Notes under the pieces: generated by a model
The model's database searches: none
What the model saw: the letters and a program-made list of their open reading frames with translations, nothing else
Told to the model about the DNA's origin: nothing
From: Octopus bimaculoides
Lineage: Eukaryota
Direction: 5' to 3'
Length of the DNA stretch: 48,653 nucleotides
Assembly: GCF_001194135.2 (NCBI RefSeq)
Contig: NC_068995.1
Location: forward strand, 33,669,510-33,718,162
In this document: positions 36,751 through 48,611 of the stretch, one piece after another
How the letters are laid out: each line of letters begins with the position of its first letter
How positions within the stretch are numbered: position 1 is the first letter of the stretch
Program-made: the position numbers and the translations under genes

Positions 36751-37793
36751 AAAAAAAAAAAAAAAGAAAAAAAAGATGAGTAATGGGTGGTGGTGAGAGT
36801 AGCAATACAGAGGAGTGAATAATTGCGAAGAAAATGGTTAGTATCTGGAATAGAGGTCAGTGGATGTAGACAGAAATACAAGTGAAGTGAGGTGTAGAGC
36901 ATAGTTATCATCATCATTATAATATCTAATTTTACATGCTTGCATGGGTCAGACAGAATCTACTGAAGCAGATTTTCTGCAAACAGGTGTTCTTCCTGTT
37001 GCTAACATTCATCTGTTTCTAGGTAAGGTAGAATTTCCTCATAGTGAGACATATTTTTGCAGCATATTGGAAATGAACACTTTTTCTTTTTTTTTTTTTT
37101 TTGTGGCATCAGCAATTCAATTGACCAACTCAGGGATGCAGTGACCATCTAGAGAGAAGAATCAGCAAAGCTTGGCCTTCAGGTGAGTTGGGCGAAGACC
37201 AAGCTGATATATCAGCTCCAACATTGTGGAGTTTGTCAGCTCCATCTATCTGGACTCCAGTCACCAACAATGGAGACCTGACCCTGGAGATCAACTGCAG
37301 ATATGGTCAAGAAATTTGCAAGGAAATAAAAAACCCTCAACTAAGTGGGGGTGTAGTAGAGGGGTAGGTGGCTTCATGCCAGGTACTGAGAAGCAAAAGC
37401 ATGGTAGAGGACCAGGAATAGGTGCCTTGCTGTGGAGGAGATACACGGCTACCCACATTATACGAAAGTGAGTGGGAGTAACCGTAAAGAGAGATGAAAA
37501 TGGTGGTGACAAGGTATCAGGGCACAAGAACGTAAGTATGAAAGAGAATAATGACAAAGATAAGGCAAGTTGGATGAGTAAGTTTGCAACAATGTGAGAG
37601 GAGAGTGACAGAGGGTTAGAGATAGAATCATCATCATCAACATCATCATTTAACATAGGCTCTCCATGCTGTCATGGGTTGGACAGTTTGACATGGAGCT
37701 GGCTAGCAAGGAGCTATCCAGATTCCAACTGTTTTTTGTGATATGGTTTCTATAGCTGGATGCCCTTCCTAATGCCAACCACTAAACAAAAGT

Positions 37794-38060
37794 ATAATAA
37801 ATAAAAATAAATGTGCCCTTTTAAAGCCTAGCCAGGCTCATGGGCCCGGTTTCCCGGTTTCAATGACGTATGTGTTCCCCAGTTGGACGTGACGCCAGTC
37901 CATCGCAGCGTTACTCATTTTTGCCAGCTGAGTGGACTGGAGCAACGTGAAATGAAGTGTTTTGCTCCAGAACACAACGCGCCGCCCGGTCCAGGAATCG
38001 AAACCACAATCTTACGATCATGATGCTGATACCCTTAACCACTAAGCCACGTGCCTCCAC
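37794..38060 (-). mobile_element. tRNA-derived SINE family 3 inserted in an RTE-tail repeat
   Basis: Head GGAGGCACGTGGCTTAGTGGTTAAGGG...GGTTTCGATTCCTGG; TSD AAACAAAAGT / AAACAAGAGT (37784-37793, 38061-38070). The host repeat resumes across it. Confidence 0.85.
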
Positions 38061-38599
38061 AAACAAGAGTGTGCTGGGTGCTTTTTAAGTGGCACCATCA
38101 TCTGAGAGGACAAGCCTGTAAGACAGTAAACCTTTGTCTTTCTCTGCCTGCCTCTAGTTTTAGGAACTACTATATTTCAATTTTAACCTCACAAGACTGG
38201 CTATCGACAATCATCTATTATCTGTCCATTGCACTTATCCACTCAGTTCTCATTGCACATCATCTTAGTTTATTCATTAACTGCAATATTCTACACTTAC
38301 CACTTATTTGTTTTACCAATGATAATAGTAATGATGGTGAAAACCACGAAAACAATGGTGATGATGACAATCCATTATACATTCTTCAATCAACAGCAAA
38401 ATATATAATGATTTCTAACATTGAGCACAGAAGCCATTAATTTCAAGGGAGGGATACAATCGATTAAAAGAATCCTGTACATTGGATGAGCTTATTTTAT
38501 CAGCCTTGGAGAGCTGAAAAGCAAAAGTGATCTTAGCAGGATTTGATCTCAGAACAGAGAGATGTACATAAATATTGTGAGCTGGTCTGTCTGCATTCT

Positions 38600-38995
38600 A
38601 CAACTTTAGTCAATGTACTGACTTAGCCTATTGTACAATGATATACTGGATTCTTGTTTGATAAGAGGAGGACTGAGGATTTGATGGGAATGCTGGGGTT
38701 GGAGGAATCGGTGGAATGGTTGGCAAGGGTGAATGGAGTGAGGTGGTATGGGCATGTGTTGAGGAGGGATGAAGAGCATGTTTTGAGGAGGAGGATTGCG
38801 TTTGAGGTAAATGGAGCATGAAAGTGAGGTAGACTGACGAAAAGGTAAAGGGGACAGGTAGAGGAGGAGACTGGGAGGATTGGTTTGAAAAAAGAGGACG
38901 TCCAAAACCGGGCAGTTACTATGGCATTGAAGTAGATCTGGCTACCCCCGTTAATGGGGACAAAACCCGGATTTAAAACACTGGATGATGGTGAT
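38600..38995 (+). mobile_element. RTE-like LINE 3' end
   Basis: VRWYGHVLRRDEEHVLRR motif. Confidence 0.7.
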
Positions 38996-39035
38996 TCTTA
39001 ATCTTAATTGATAAATATATTCAGCAGTGACTTAC

Positions 39036-39057
39036 CTGTTGTGCCTGGTTGACATTT
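39036..39057 (-). CDS. IAP candidate microexon 3 (22 nt, KCQPGTT)
   Basis: tttattttcag|AAATGTCAACCAGGCACAACAG|gtaagt; phase 0 in, phase 1 out, matching exon 2 and the downstream phase-1 exons. No transcript evidence. Confidence 0.6.
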
Positions 39058-40544
39058 CTGAAAATAAACTGATGAAAGTTGTTTAAAGGAATCTAAAACA
39101 GAGATTTATAGATGCATTCCTATGTGTTAAAAGTTTTGTGCAAATATACAAAATCAATTTGAAAGCCAATTATTAATGTAAGTGTTGTAATATAACATAA
39201 TATAGCATTGTAGTGTTGATATTATTTAGCACTAGATTAGGAATGATCCAGTAGACTTAGGATTAAAGGCATTACAACTATTATAATCCTGTTTCTTTTT
39301 TTTTTCTTTCTTTTTTTTTTCTAACAGTGCATCAAAGAACATGCTGTGAAGTGTGTCCTTGCTCTGCTTTAAGATAGCAGGATGTGATTTGAGAAAAATT
39401 AAACTTCAATTAATATTTTGCCTTTGTATCTGGTTTGCAAGATTCTTTTTGTGAATTCAAGTATTGAAACAAATTTTGTTGTCTTGGGAAAGTCATTATG
39501 CCAACAACTTAAACTAATGATTGATTAATTAGTTGGATAGATATTTAACCAGTTGATAAAGGAGTAGAATTGAACCAGTGTGTGTGTTATTGATATTGGT
39601 GTAATGACTCTCCTAAGACACAACAAAATTCAAGTAAAATGGCAATCTACATTAAAATGTTAGCAAAATATGTTTTGAAAAATGTATAAATTAAATATTT
39701 TAAGACTAGAATTTCAGCTGATTTCAATTTTTTAAGGTTTTAAAACCTAGAGGAACTAAAACTTGTAAAGAAAAATATATATTCAGCAATTTCACATGCC
39801 AAATGTTCAGACATTATAAAAAATAGTGTAAAAAGATTTTGCTAATATTTTAAAACTTTACATTTAAAGTAGATCTCAAAATCTTGTTGCACCACATATA
39901 CATCATACATGATCCTAAAAGTGAAGCTTATAAGCTTTCATTTGATGCCAACAAGAAACAATTTGAGGTGTATTTTTACAATCCCCTTTACTTTATTTTA
40001 CCCTAGTTATTACTGAAATTTTACATGCATTTTTTCACTTCAACCTAGTTAAAATTACAAACTTTCTTTTATTATAATTATAAGAAACTATAACCAACTT
40101 AGTAAAATCAAGTTCACAGTTAAAATTTACCATTTCTCAGCAGATTTTTAACATCTTTTTTCAGTTTCACACCCATATTAGATTTTAAAAGTATTATGGC
40201 TCCATATATAAACCACATGGTCCTAAAAGCAGATTTTATGAATTTTCATTTAATACTAGTTAGAAAATAATCTGAGGAGTAGTACTTTTGTTTCATTTCT
40301 TTTTAGACCAATCCCACTCACAGCTGATCAAAGAACATACCCCAATTTATATCACTTACCTATTAAAAGCTTTAAAATACCTACTATCATGAAATTTTCA
40401 TTGTAAATATTTCAAAATGACAAAATTGAGAAAATATACAGCTTATGGACTAAAGTAGGTATTTATTATATATTTATTTAGCTTTTAAGAGCTAGGATAA
40501 CTACTCATATTTGACATTTTTCTAATATTTTTTAAATGCTCTTC

Positions 40545-41212
40545 ACAAAATGCTTAGCAGCGTTTCATCTGTCTTAATATTCTGAGTTCAACTTTACCTT
40601 TCGTCTTGTCATGGTTGATAAAATAAGTACCAGTTGAGCACTAGGGTTGATGTAATCGATTTACTCCCTCTTGCAATCTTCCTGGCCTTGTACCAAAATT
40701 TGAAACCAATATTTTAAAATGATTTTCAATTTTACATCCATTTTAGATTTTGAGATCTGGTCATATCACACATAAATCTAGAGTTGAATTTACGAGCCTT
40801 CATTATTTTCACACTGATTTGCAAAAATGTAAAGTGAAGTTGTTTTTGTTACCGCTTCATTTCTATTTAAATGCCTGCTGAATCCACTAACTGAATCCTT
40901 AATGCAGGGGCTAATTGCTTTAATGTCATCTACTGTAAAGTATACAATGAAAGTTTAAAACAACTGTGAAACTATTTAACTGATGCATGAAGAAATATTA
41001 GTTTCACATTTCGGCACAAAGCCAGCAACTTCAGGGGAGGAGGGTAAGTCAATTACTTTGACCCCTGAGCTCAACTGATACTTATTTTATCAACCTCGAA
41101 AGGATGAAAGGTGAAATTGACTTCAGCAAAATTTGAACTCAGAATGTAAAGACAAATGAAATGCTGCTGCACATTTTGCCTGGGACACTAACAATACTGT
41201 CAGCTTGGTACC
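40545..41212. mobile_element. Two SINE family 1 copies in opposite orientation (40545-40710 +, 41010-41212 -)
   Basis: Core sequence on + and its reverse complement 300 bp away. Confidence 0.75.
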
Positions 41213-41939
41213 TTATGCATCAAGAAATATTAAATTATTAACAAGAAATTGTTGACAAATAAAATAACCATGTTTTAAACTTTTAAAGGATCTGGACTTG
41301 GGTAAAGGTTTCAAAATACTAAAATTTGATTTTTTTTTTACTATATTTAATATGTAATACATAAATGTTACAAGTATTCTTGCTTTTAGCTCTTTAGCAT
41401 TTAAATTGGCCATATCTGACCTGTTTATTTGTTGTAGATTTTGTCCTTTGAGAACTTAATAAAATCGCTACTAATTTAAGAAGTTTAACTTGAATTACTG
41501 ATAAATGAGAAATAAACTATTTATTATAAATTACAATAAACTGGACAAAACTGGAAAGTGTTTTATCATAGGTTTGGTCGATCACAACTGATCTGAGGTT
41601 AAAAAACAAAACTCAAGTTACTCCAAGCCAACAAAGAAGGCCTCTGTGTAGTTTTTCAACTTGCTAGAAATAGCTACCAAATTTGTCTCAAAGCACATTT
41701 TACCATCTTAAATTAAGGAATGACACACTGAACAATGAAATCATATATATATCTACATACATACACAAAATGATGAAATAATACAAATATTTTACATAAA
41801 CCAAGAGAAAAACTGCCTGCAGGGCAATGCTTCTTTCAGTATTTACAATTGAAATGCTATTAAAACTTTCTTGGTACTAAAAGTACTTTTGTAACTAAAA
41901 TCCTGAAGTGCATATATTTAAAACGTTTACAATACTTAC

Positions 41940-42082
41940 TTGAACATAGTCAGGTCCCATAAGTAACTTCATAAAAACACAATCTTTGCTCAGTCGACAA
42001 TGTTCGATATTCACGTCATCATTAGGGTCCCATCTGCCAGCAATCAATGAACAATGGAAACACTGCACTTTATCACCTTTCC
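41940..42082 (-). CDS. IAP exon 2: C-terminal half of BIR2
   Basis: Acceptor ttacttcttcag|GG AAA GGT GAT joins in phase 1 to give FYTGKGDKVQCFHC...WDPNDDVNIEHCRLSKDCVFM...DYVQ; donor CAA|gtaagt, phase 0. Confidence 0.95.
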
Positions 42083-42879
42083 CTGAAGAAGTAATCATAA
42101 TAAAAAACATTACAAAATATTCAATACTAATTATAAGGCCATATTAAGTATGTTATCCTACATGTAAATTTTCAATATCAGTATTTTAAATTGCCTTACC
42201 AATGAATAAATAATCTTTACAAGAAAACCATGTTTTCTTATCTAGTAAGTGCATGTGTAACTATACTTCACTGAGGAAGTCTAATAAAACCAAAATGTAT
42301 AGAGTTGTTTCTGTATTAACCAAAGATCAGACTCACTCTTCTCCACATTTCCATTTAATTCCTAATCAATTTAAATTAAATTCCAGAGATCTTTCCCTTA
42401 CCTTCCTTCAAAAAAAAAAAAAAAAAAAAAAAAAGTCATAATGCTAATAACTTTTCAACAAGCAAAATAGCTAGTTCTAAAATCTCTATAAGCGATGCAA
42501 GTAGTAACTATACTTAAAAGTAATGGTTGTTACCACCTCAATGTGGTTGTTTGGTACAGAACAATGTTACTACTCTTTTTAACCCCAGGAGGACACCTCC
42601 TCCAGTTGATTAATGACACAATATCTGTGTCCATTATGTTGTGAACAACACCCATCCAGCTGGTTTCAGGATTTTACCCTTCCTCAGCACTGGTACATCT
42701 GTCTGCTAGACATGGCAGTCGTTTGTCCCAGTTCACAATATATAAATAAATAAGTGACATTCAGTCACTGATCTTGCAACAGAAAATTAAAAAATTAATT
42801 CAATCAACTATACCCTTCCAAGATAAATTTGTGGCTTGTGTTAATCTCAGAAATGAAATTAAAGATTAAAACAATATAA

Positions 42880-43412
42880 ATTGCTGATCTCTGATTATGA
42901 AGGGAACCTGTGAAAAGGGGAGACCCAGGAAGATGTGGGATGAAGTAGTGAGAAAGAATTTTTAGATGCTGGGCTTCACTGAGGAGATGACAAGGGACTG
43001 AGATCTCTGGTGATTTGCTGTACTTAAGAAAACACATCAAGTTAAGTAAAATCATAGCCATCCATACAGCCATGTTCTTTATGGCCATGCCCCAACTCTC
43101 TCTCCCAGCCAAGAGGTCTTTGTCTTGTAGTGCTGGTACCATGTAAAATGCACTCATGCCAGTGCCACATTAAGTGCACTTATGATGGTGTCATGCACTT
43201 GTACAGGTGCCACATAAAAGCACCCATGCCAATAACATGTAAAAAGCACCCAACACACTCTGTAAAGTGGTTGGTATTAGGAAGGGTATCCAGCTGTACA
43301 AACCATGCCAAAAAGACAATTGGAGCCTGGGCAGCTCTCCGGCCGGCCAGCTCTTGTCAAGCCGTCCAACCCACGCCAACATGGAAAATGGACATTAAAC
43401 AATGATAATGAT
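42880..43412 (+). mobile_element. RTE LINE 3' end with 3' UTR and (GAT) tail
   Basis: G.PRKMWDEVV motif followed by the reverse complement of the RTE-tail repeat. Confidence 0.75.
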
Positions 43413-43497
43413 ACTGATATCATAATAATTCATAAACTTCAAGAGACTGTGAAATAATTCTTCTTTTTTAGAATGATGAAACTCAAAGTAGCTAAAT

Positions 43498-43775
43498 CTA
43501 TAAATGATAGCATTGGGTTAAAAAACCCTTTGGATAGTAAGATTTGGAGGCTGCTTTTGGGGCATGAATCCATGAAGATTCATGAATTGAAAATCCTAAA
43601 ATGGATGCAACTGCTTTGGATGGTCCAATATAGCTACCCATTAGATATTGACTAATTTCATTATCATTGTTTATTTGAAGAGCAGCTTTGTCATTTCCTT
43701 TCAACGTGTACTTGATGATGTACTTAACTGACCTCACTAAAGCAACGATTTCAAGGTACAAACCATTTGTTGTTT
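43498..43775 (-). mobile_element. Helitron Rep-domain fragment
   Basis: SVKYIIKYTLKGNDKA...NEISQYLMGSYIGPSKAVASILGFSIHE matches the Helitron Rep consensus KY..KG.D...DEI..Y...RY....A...I.GF.IH. Confidence 0.75.
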
Positions 43776-43860
43776 GTTTTTCCCTTCTTATGAGATTCAG
43801 TTAACCCCCATTGCAAATGATCTTCGTCTATAAAGAGATAATCTCTGTTTTTCTGCCTTC

Positions 43861-44284
43861 GGTACTTTTTGGTTATCTCACCCCAACTAAAAAATTGGGT
43901 TATCTCCCCCAACTAAAAAAACTGTTTAACCCTCAATAAAACAAAAAAAAAAATGAAAAAGTTAATAAACATGAAAAGTGAAAAGATTAAACATCTTACT
44001 GAATTTGATAATGTTTTATAACAAATCATACAAAACTGAAAAATTAATAAATATGAAAACTGAAAAATTAAACATCTCAAATCTAATAACATTTTCAAAA
44101 CAAATCATACCATGTCTATTGAGGAGGCTAAAAGCCAACAATGTGTTGAAGTATTGAATCAAAAGGATCTAAAACCCTTTTAATTCAATCTCTTGTCGCC
44201 ACATAAACTCAATATTTTAGTGGGGAGATAACCCAATTTTTTAATGGCAAATTTTTAATGGGGGTGAGATAAACAAAAAGTACC
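43861..44284. mobile_element. MITE with GGTAC...GTACC terminal inverted repeats
   Basis: GGTACTTTTTGGTTATCTCACCCC / GGGGTGAGATAAACAAAAAGTACC plus a duplicated subterminal motif; no TSD seen. Confidence 0.75.
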
Positions 44285-44650
44285 AGATATAAAGATTAAT
44301 ATTTTACTTTAAATAAATCATTTTCCCCTTAAAGCAAAAAAAAAAATCAAGTACCCATGATTCAACAATATCTCACAAAAATATAGGGAGAATTTCTATC
44401 TTCCAAGTCCACAGCACTCTGAAAGTTATATAAATGATCAAGGAGAGAAAGAAAAAGGAGGGACGACGACTCTTTGAAGTGTCGGCATTTTCAGTTTGAT
44501 TTGTTTTGTTTTTTCTTAAAGGGGAAAATGACTATTTTATTCGTAATCTTTATCATCTTAATCAAATGGCAGAAATACAGACAAACTTTGAGTTTTAGTA
44601 TAATACAGATAGCTAGATATTTCTCCAATCAAGTTATTATCTCCCTTGGC

Positions 44651-44706
44651 GAATAATAATAATAATAATAATAATAACCACCACCACCACCACCACCACC
44701 ACCACC

Positions 44707-44753
<47 letters not shown>
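44651..44753. repeat. Compound (AAT)n(CAC)n(CAT)n microsatellite
   Basis: Direct reading. Confidence 0.95.
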
Positions 44754-44754
<1 letters not shown>

Positions 44755-44756
<2 letters not shown>

Positions 44757-44965
44757 TGCTATTATAGGCACAAGCATGAAATTTGAGGGAGAGGAGCTTA
44801 GTCAATTACATCAACCCCAGTGTTTCACCGGTACTCAATTTATCAACCCTGAAAGGATGTAAGGCAAAGTTGACCTCAGTAGTATTCGAACTCAGAATGT
44901 AGTGACGGGCAAAATACAGGTAAGCGTTTCGTCCAGTGTGCTAACAGTTCTGCCAGATCACTGCC
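44755..44965 (-). mobile_element. SINE family 1
   Basis: Reverse complement of the head and core. Confidence 0.75.
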
Positions 44966-45039
44966 TCCTCCTCCTTCTACTACTACTGTTACTACTACAA
45001 GAAGAAGAAGAAGAAACATCTAACATTAACCCTGAACAA

Positions 45040-46330
45040 CAAGGAGTTACAACCAGCAGAGAGCTACAAATACCCAGGGGTATTTGAAGATAATGGAATC
45101 AAACATTCAATGATGGGGGAATGATCAGAAAAGAAAGTTATTCCAGGGTTAGGGTAATACTCAAGAAACAGGATTGACATGATCAATACTTTAGCCATGC
45201 TGGTTGTGACGTACAGTTTCAATATTATTAACTGGTCAATTACTGAAATCTGTAAGCTTGATAGAAAAATACTAAAATTGTTGACAATGAATAGGATACA
45301 CCACCCGAAGGCAGATACTGAATGACTATACCTGCCAAGAAAAGAGGGTGGCCATGGACTTTTACAAATGGAATTGACAATGAAGATTGCCACAGTTGGC
45401 CTAAACACTTGCCTGAAAAACTCTGATGAGTGGATGTTAAAACTTGTCTTAATGCATGAAAACAAGAAAACGTCATACTCAGTAACAAAACAGGCGAAGA
45501 AAAATCTAAATGAATTCCAAATACAACAAATCCCAGAAACAGACATACTGAAAAGCACAAAAAAAGCTAAGCATATGAAAAGCCTTGCTAAAATTGCTGC
45601 TTTAGATAGTCCTACTGATAAATGGCAAGAAAAACCTCTCAATGGCAAATACTTGAAGGGAACTAATAATGCTGATGTTGACAAAGCCCTTACCCATCAA
45701 TGGTTAGTGTATTCTGGCTTAAAATCAGAGACAGAAGGGTTTATCATAGCAGCCCAACATCAAGCCTACCTACAAGAAGCTACCAGGCCAACATCTTAAA
45801 GAATGGCAGTAACCCAACATGTCATGTATGTAACCACCGATCATGTTATCTCCATATGCAGCCTTCTTGTACCTACAGAGTATCTCAACATGTATGATAG
45901 AGCAGCACAGTCTACTCACTGGGTAATTTGCAAAGATTTGGACCTGCCCCATGATAAAAACTGGTGGGAACACAAACTACCTCCAGTTCTTGAAAATGAT
46001 CAAATCTCACTTCTTTGGAATTTTACTGTTCAAACTAACAGGAAGGTAGATGCAAATAGGCCAGACAATATATTGAAGGATTTCAGACAAAAATCATGTC
46101 TCCTCATCAATATGACGGTCCCAATCGACAAATGTATCTGCCAAGACCTACCAAAAACTAAGCAAATATAAAGATCTTGAAACAGAATTTGGCAAAATGT
46201 GAAACCTCAAAACTAAAACAATACCTGTTATCATAGGTACCCAAGGAATGATAGTAAAAGGAGCTGATTGCTACCTATCACAGATACCAGGAAATCAAAT
46301 TGCTTTTAGAACAAGCTTCAAATTTTCTTG
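45040..46330 (+). mobile_element. R4/Dong-like LINE, post-RT region and restriction-like endonuclease, degenerate
   Basis: YKY.GV, LYLPRKEGGHGL, LKSETEGFIIAAQ, NRPDNILKD...NMTVP, TIPVIIGT. Confidence 0.85.
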
Positions 46331-46496
46331 TTTTCACAGACATACTCTAGAACAATACTTTGTGCAAAACCAAAAATATGGCACCCTTGTCATAAAACCA
46401 ATTTGAACTTCTAACTTGTTGTTTCGTGAGGTTTCTGTTTGAGACTTGGAGCCAACAAATACAAAGCAAAAGCCAAATAAATAATAATAATAATTG

Positions 46497-46985
46497 ACAC
46501 TGATCGCCTGTACATGAAGAAAGCAAATGGAGGAAGAGAACTGATAAGTGTGAAAGACTACATGCATATCGAACTCGAGAGCTTAATGAGATACCTAGCC
46601 CAAAGTAAGGAAACCTTGCTAGTGACAGTTAGGAATGAGGGAATATTGAGAGCAGAGGGAAAAGGGAAGACAAAGGAAGAAGTGCAAAAAGGACATGAAA
46701 AAGAATTACGCAAGAAGGGACTATACAATCAATTCCATGCAGTCACAAGAGAAGTTGCTGGGAAAAATAGGTGGGATTGGCTGATGAAAGGAACACTAAA
46801 AAAAAGAGACCGAGAACACTATACTGGCAGTGCAAGACCAAGCTTTGGCCATGAACTGGAGGGTCAACCTTAGAAATGAGAAAGTGTCTGTGCTGTGCCA
46901 CATCTGCAATAGAGTGGATGAAACCATTGCCCGTATCACAAACGAGCGCTCTAGACTTGCCCAAAGCCACTACTCATGAGCAGGC
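46497..46985 (+). mobile_element. Second R4/Dong-like LINE fragment
   Basis: RLYMKKANGGRELISV...LYNQF...WDWLMKGTLK. Confidence 0.75.
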
Positions 46986-47333
46986 TGTTCAGATGATCGA
47001 ATCAACTGGAACACTCATCATCATAACCAACAGAGGGTCAGGCCTCTATATGGCATCATCCATTTTCAACAATGATACCAGGAACAACTAGTATTTACAA
47101 TACTTATCCTTTTTCCCAGGAAAATGGGTGTCTGTAGCTCTGACCAGCAACAACACTTAGAGAAAAACTAATGGATGTCTTATTGTTTTTAATAATTAGC
47201 TCAAACTACAAATACATCCTCATACAATACAATGTGCAAATGCAAAGTAGATACATTACAATGCCAGCATGGAAAACAGACATTAAACGATAATGATGGT
47301 TTCCAATCAACAGATAATGAAATGTTTCCTAAC

Positions 47334-47742
47334 CTGTGTAAAAGAATCCTGAATCAATTAATAGTTTTGGCGGTGGATATTGACCTCTTGGCCATGTTTC
47401 AAATGTTTGTTCTCTTGAGCCTTTTGAACTGTATTGTGGAAAATATGGTTTATGTACGATTATATTGTTCTCTGATGCAGTCTTTTTTGCTTGAATTTTC
47501 AAAAAGGGACAAAACGCATTCAGTTCTTGGTGTTTCTCAAAAGGGTCATCGCCTTCATTCCATTCATCAATTATTAAATAACAAAAAACACATTTGACTT
47601 TGCTATCTCCTCCTGTATAAATAAATCCAGCTTCAGCAATTCGTTCCTTTGACACGTATTTATTCGTCCAGTTTTGAAATGTTGTAAGTCGGTTCTCTGC
47701 CAGCCAATGAGGGTGTGGAATATCATTGCCATTTTTATTCAT
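47334..47742 (-). CDS. IAP/BIRC-family gene, first coding exon: BIR1 and N-terminal half of BIR2
   Basis: Translation MNKNGNDIPHPHWLAENRLTTFQNW...AGFIYTGGDSKVKCVFC...W.EGDDPFEKH...CPFL is a complete BIR with C-x2-C-x16-H-x6-C, followed by R..TF..WP...SGFFYTG. Acceptor tttttttttag at 47784 (exon starts 47783); donor ACAG|gttagg, phase 1. The ATG at 47742 is inferred; the frame is open back to the acceptor. Confidence 0.93.
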
Positions 47743-47850
47743 ACTTGATTCTCCTACATCGGCAGTGTCTATGAAAGATGACACTAAAAAAAAATAGAAA
47801 TAATAAAAATTTTAAAATCAATAAGGCTGTTGTTGTAAAGAAAACCAATT

Positions 47851-48300
47851 TTAACCCTTTAGCATTCAGATTACTTGATCAAATGAATGTTTATGTATTT
47901 ACATTGTCTTGATTTAATCACGCATTTTCTCATAGCTTCAAGATTTCGATAATGTGATTGTTTATTTTTTAGAATGACATTGTTAGGTAAGTGTGAGAGG
48001 CTAGATTTGGCCAGTCAACATATAAAACAAGTAGAATATTTGGGTCAGATATGGCCAGTCTAAATTCTAAAGGGTTAACTCTTTTGCATTCACATTATTT
48101 TGTCAAAAGCAATGCTTATTTATTCACATTGCTTTGAATTAATCATGTATTAATTTGTAACTTTGGGAATTTGTATGAGGTAACTAATTTTTAGAATGAT
48201 AATGTAGGGTTGGTGTGAGAGGCCAGATCTCTCCATTTTGAGTATAAAACAGGTAGAGTATTTCGGCTGGATATGGCCAGTTTGAATGCTCAAGGATTAA
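47851..48300. mobile_element. Two tandem piggyBac-type MITEs sharing a central TTAA
   Basis: TTAA|CCCTTTAGCATT...TCTAAAGGG|TTAA (47851-48078), then TTAA|CTCTTTTGCATT...GCTCAAGGA|TTAA (48075-48300); internal sequences homologous. Confidence 0.8.
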
Positions 48301-48357
48301 ATAATCTCAATAGCCAAAAGGTTGAAGTATTGAGATCTTAGTTTAATTAATACTTAC

Positions 48358-48420
48358 CATTTCATAGGCATTGGTGCAGTATATAAAGCCATTACAAGTG
48401 AGATTTAAAAATGAAAAGAT
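48358..48420 (-). other. Candidate upstream (5' UTR / uORF-bearing) exon of the IAP gene; 5' boundary unknown
   Basis: Consensus donor AAATG|gtaagta at 48358/48357, 575 nt upstream of the BIR exon acceptor, in non-repeat sequence. Confidence 0.35.
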
Positions 48421-48607
48421 ACAATTCATCAAGGATTTAATCTCACAGAATTGGAACTGGTTTTAATTAATTCTTCAGACAATCGTACAGAGTAGCAAAC
48501 AAGACACAGAAACAGTCTTAGATGATAGAAATTAATTTTATAGTATTTACACATACATTTCAATATTTCTATTTATGCACCATTATTTCAATATATCCAT
48601 CACATGC

Positions 48608-48611
<4 letters not shown>

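Noticed and set aside
38296-38420. Strong minus-strand G|GTAAGT donor at 38301
   Set aside because: No acceptor gives a phase-compatible open exon.
41213-41413. ORF-track ORF near IAP exon 2 as a further exon
   Set aside because: It begins in a piggyBac-MITE end, is AT-rich, and has no suitable splice sites or IAP similarity.
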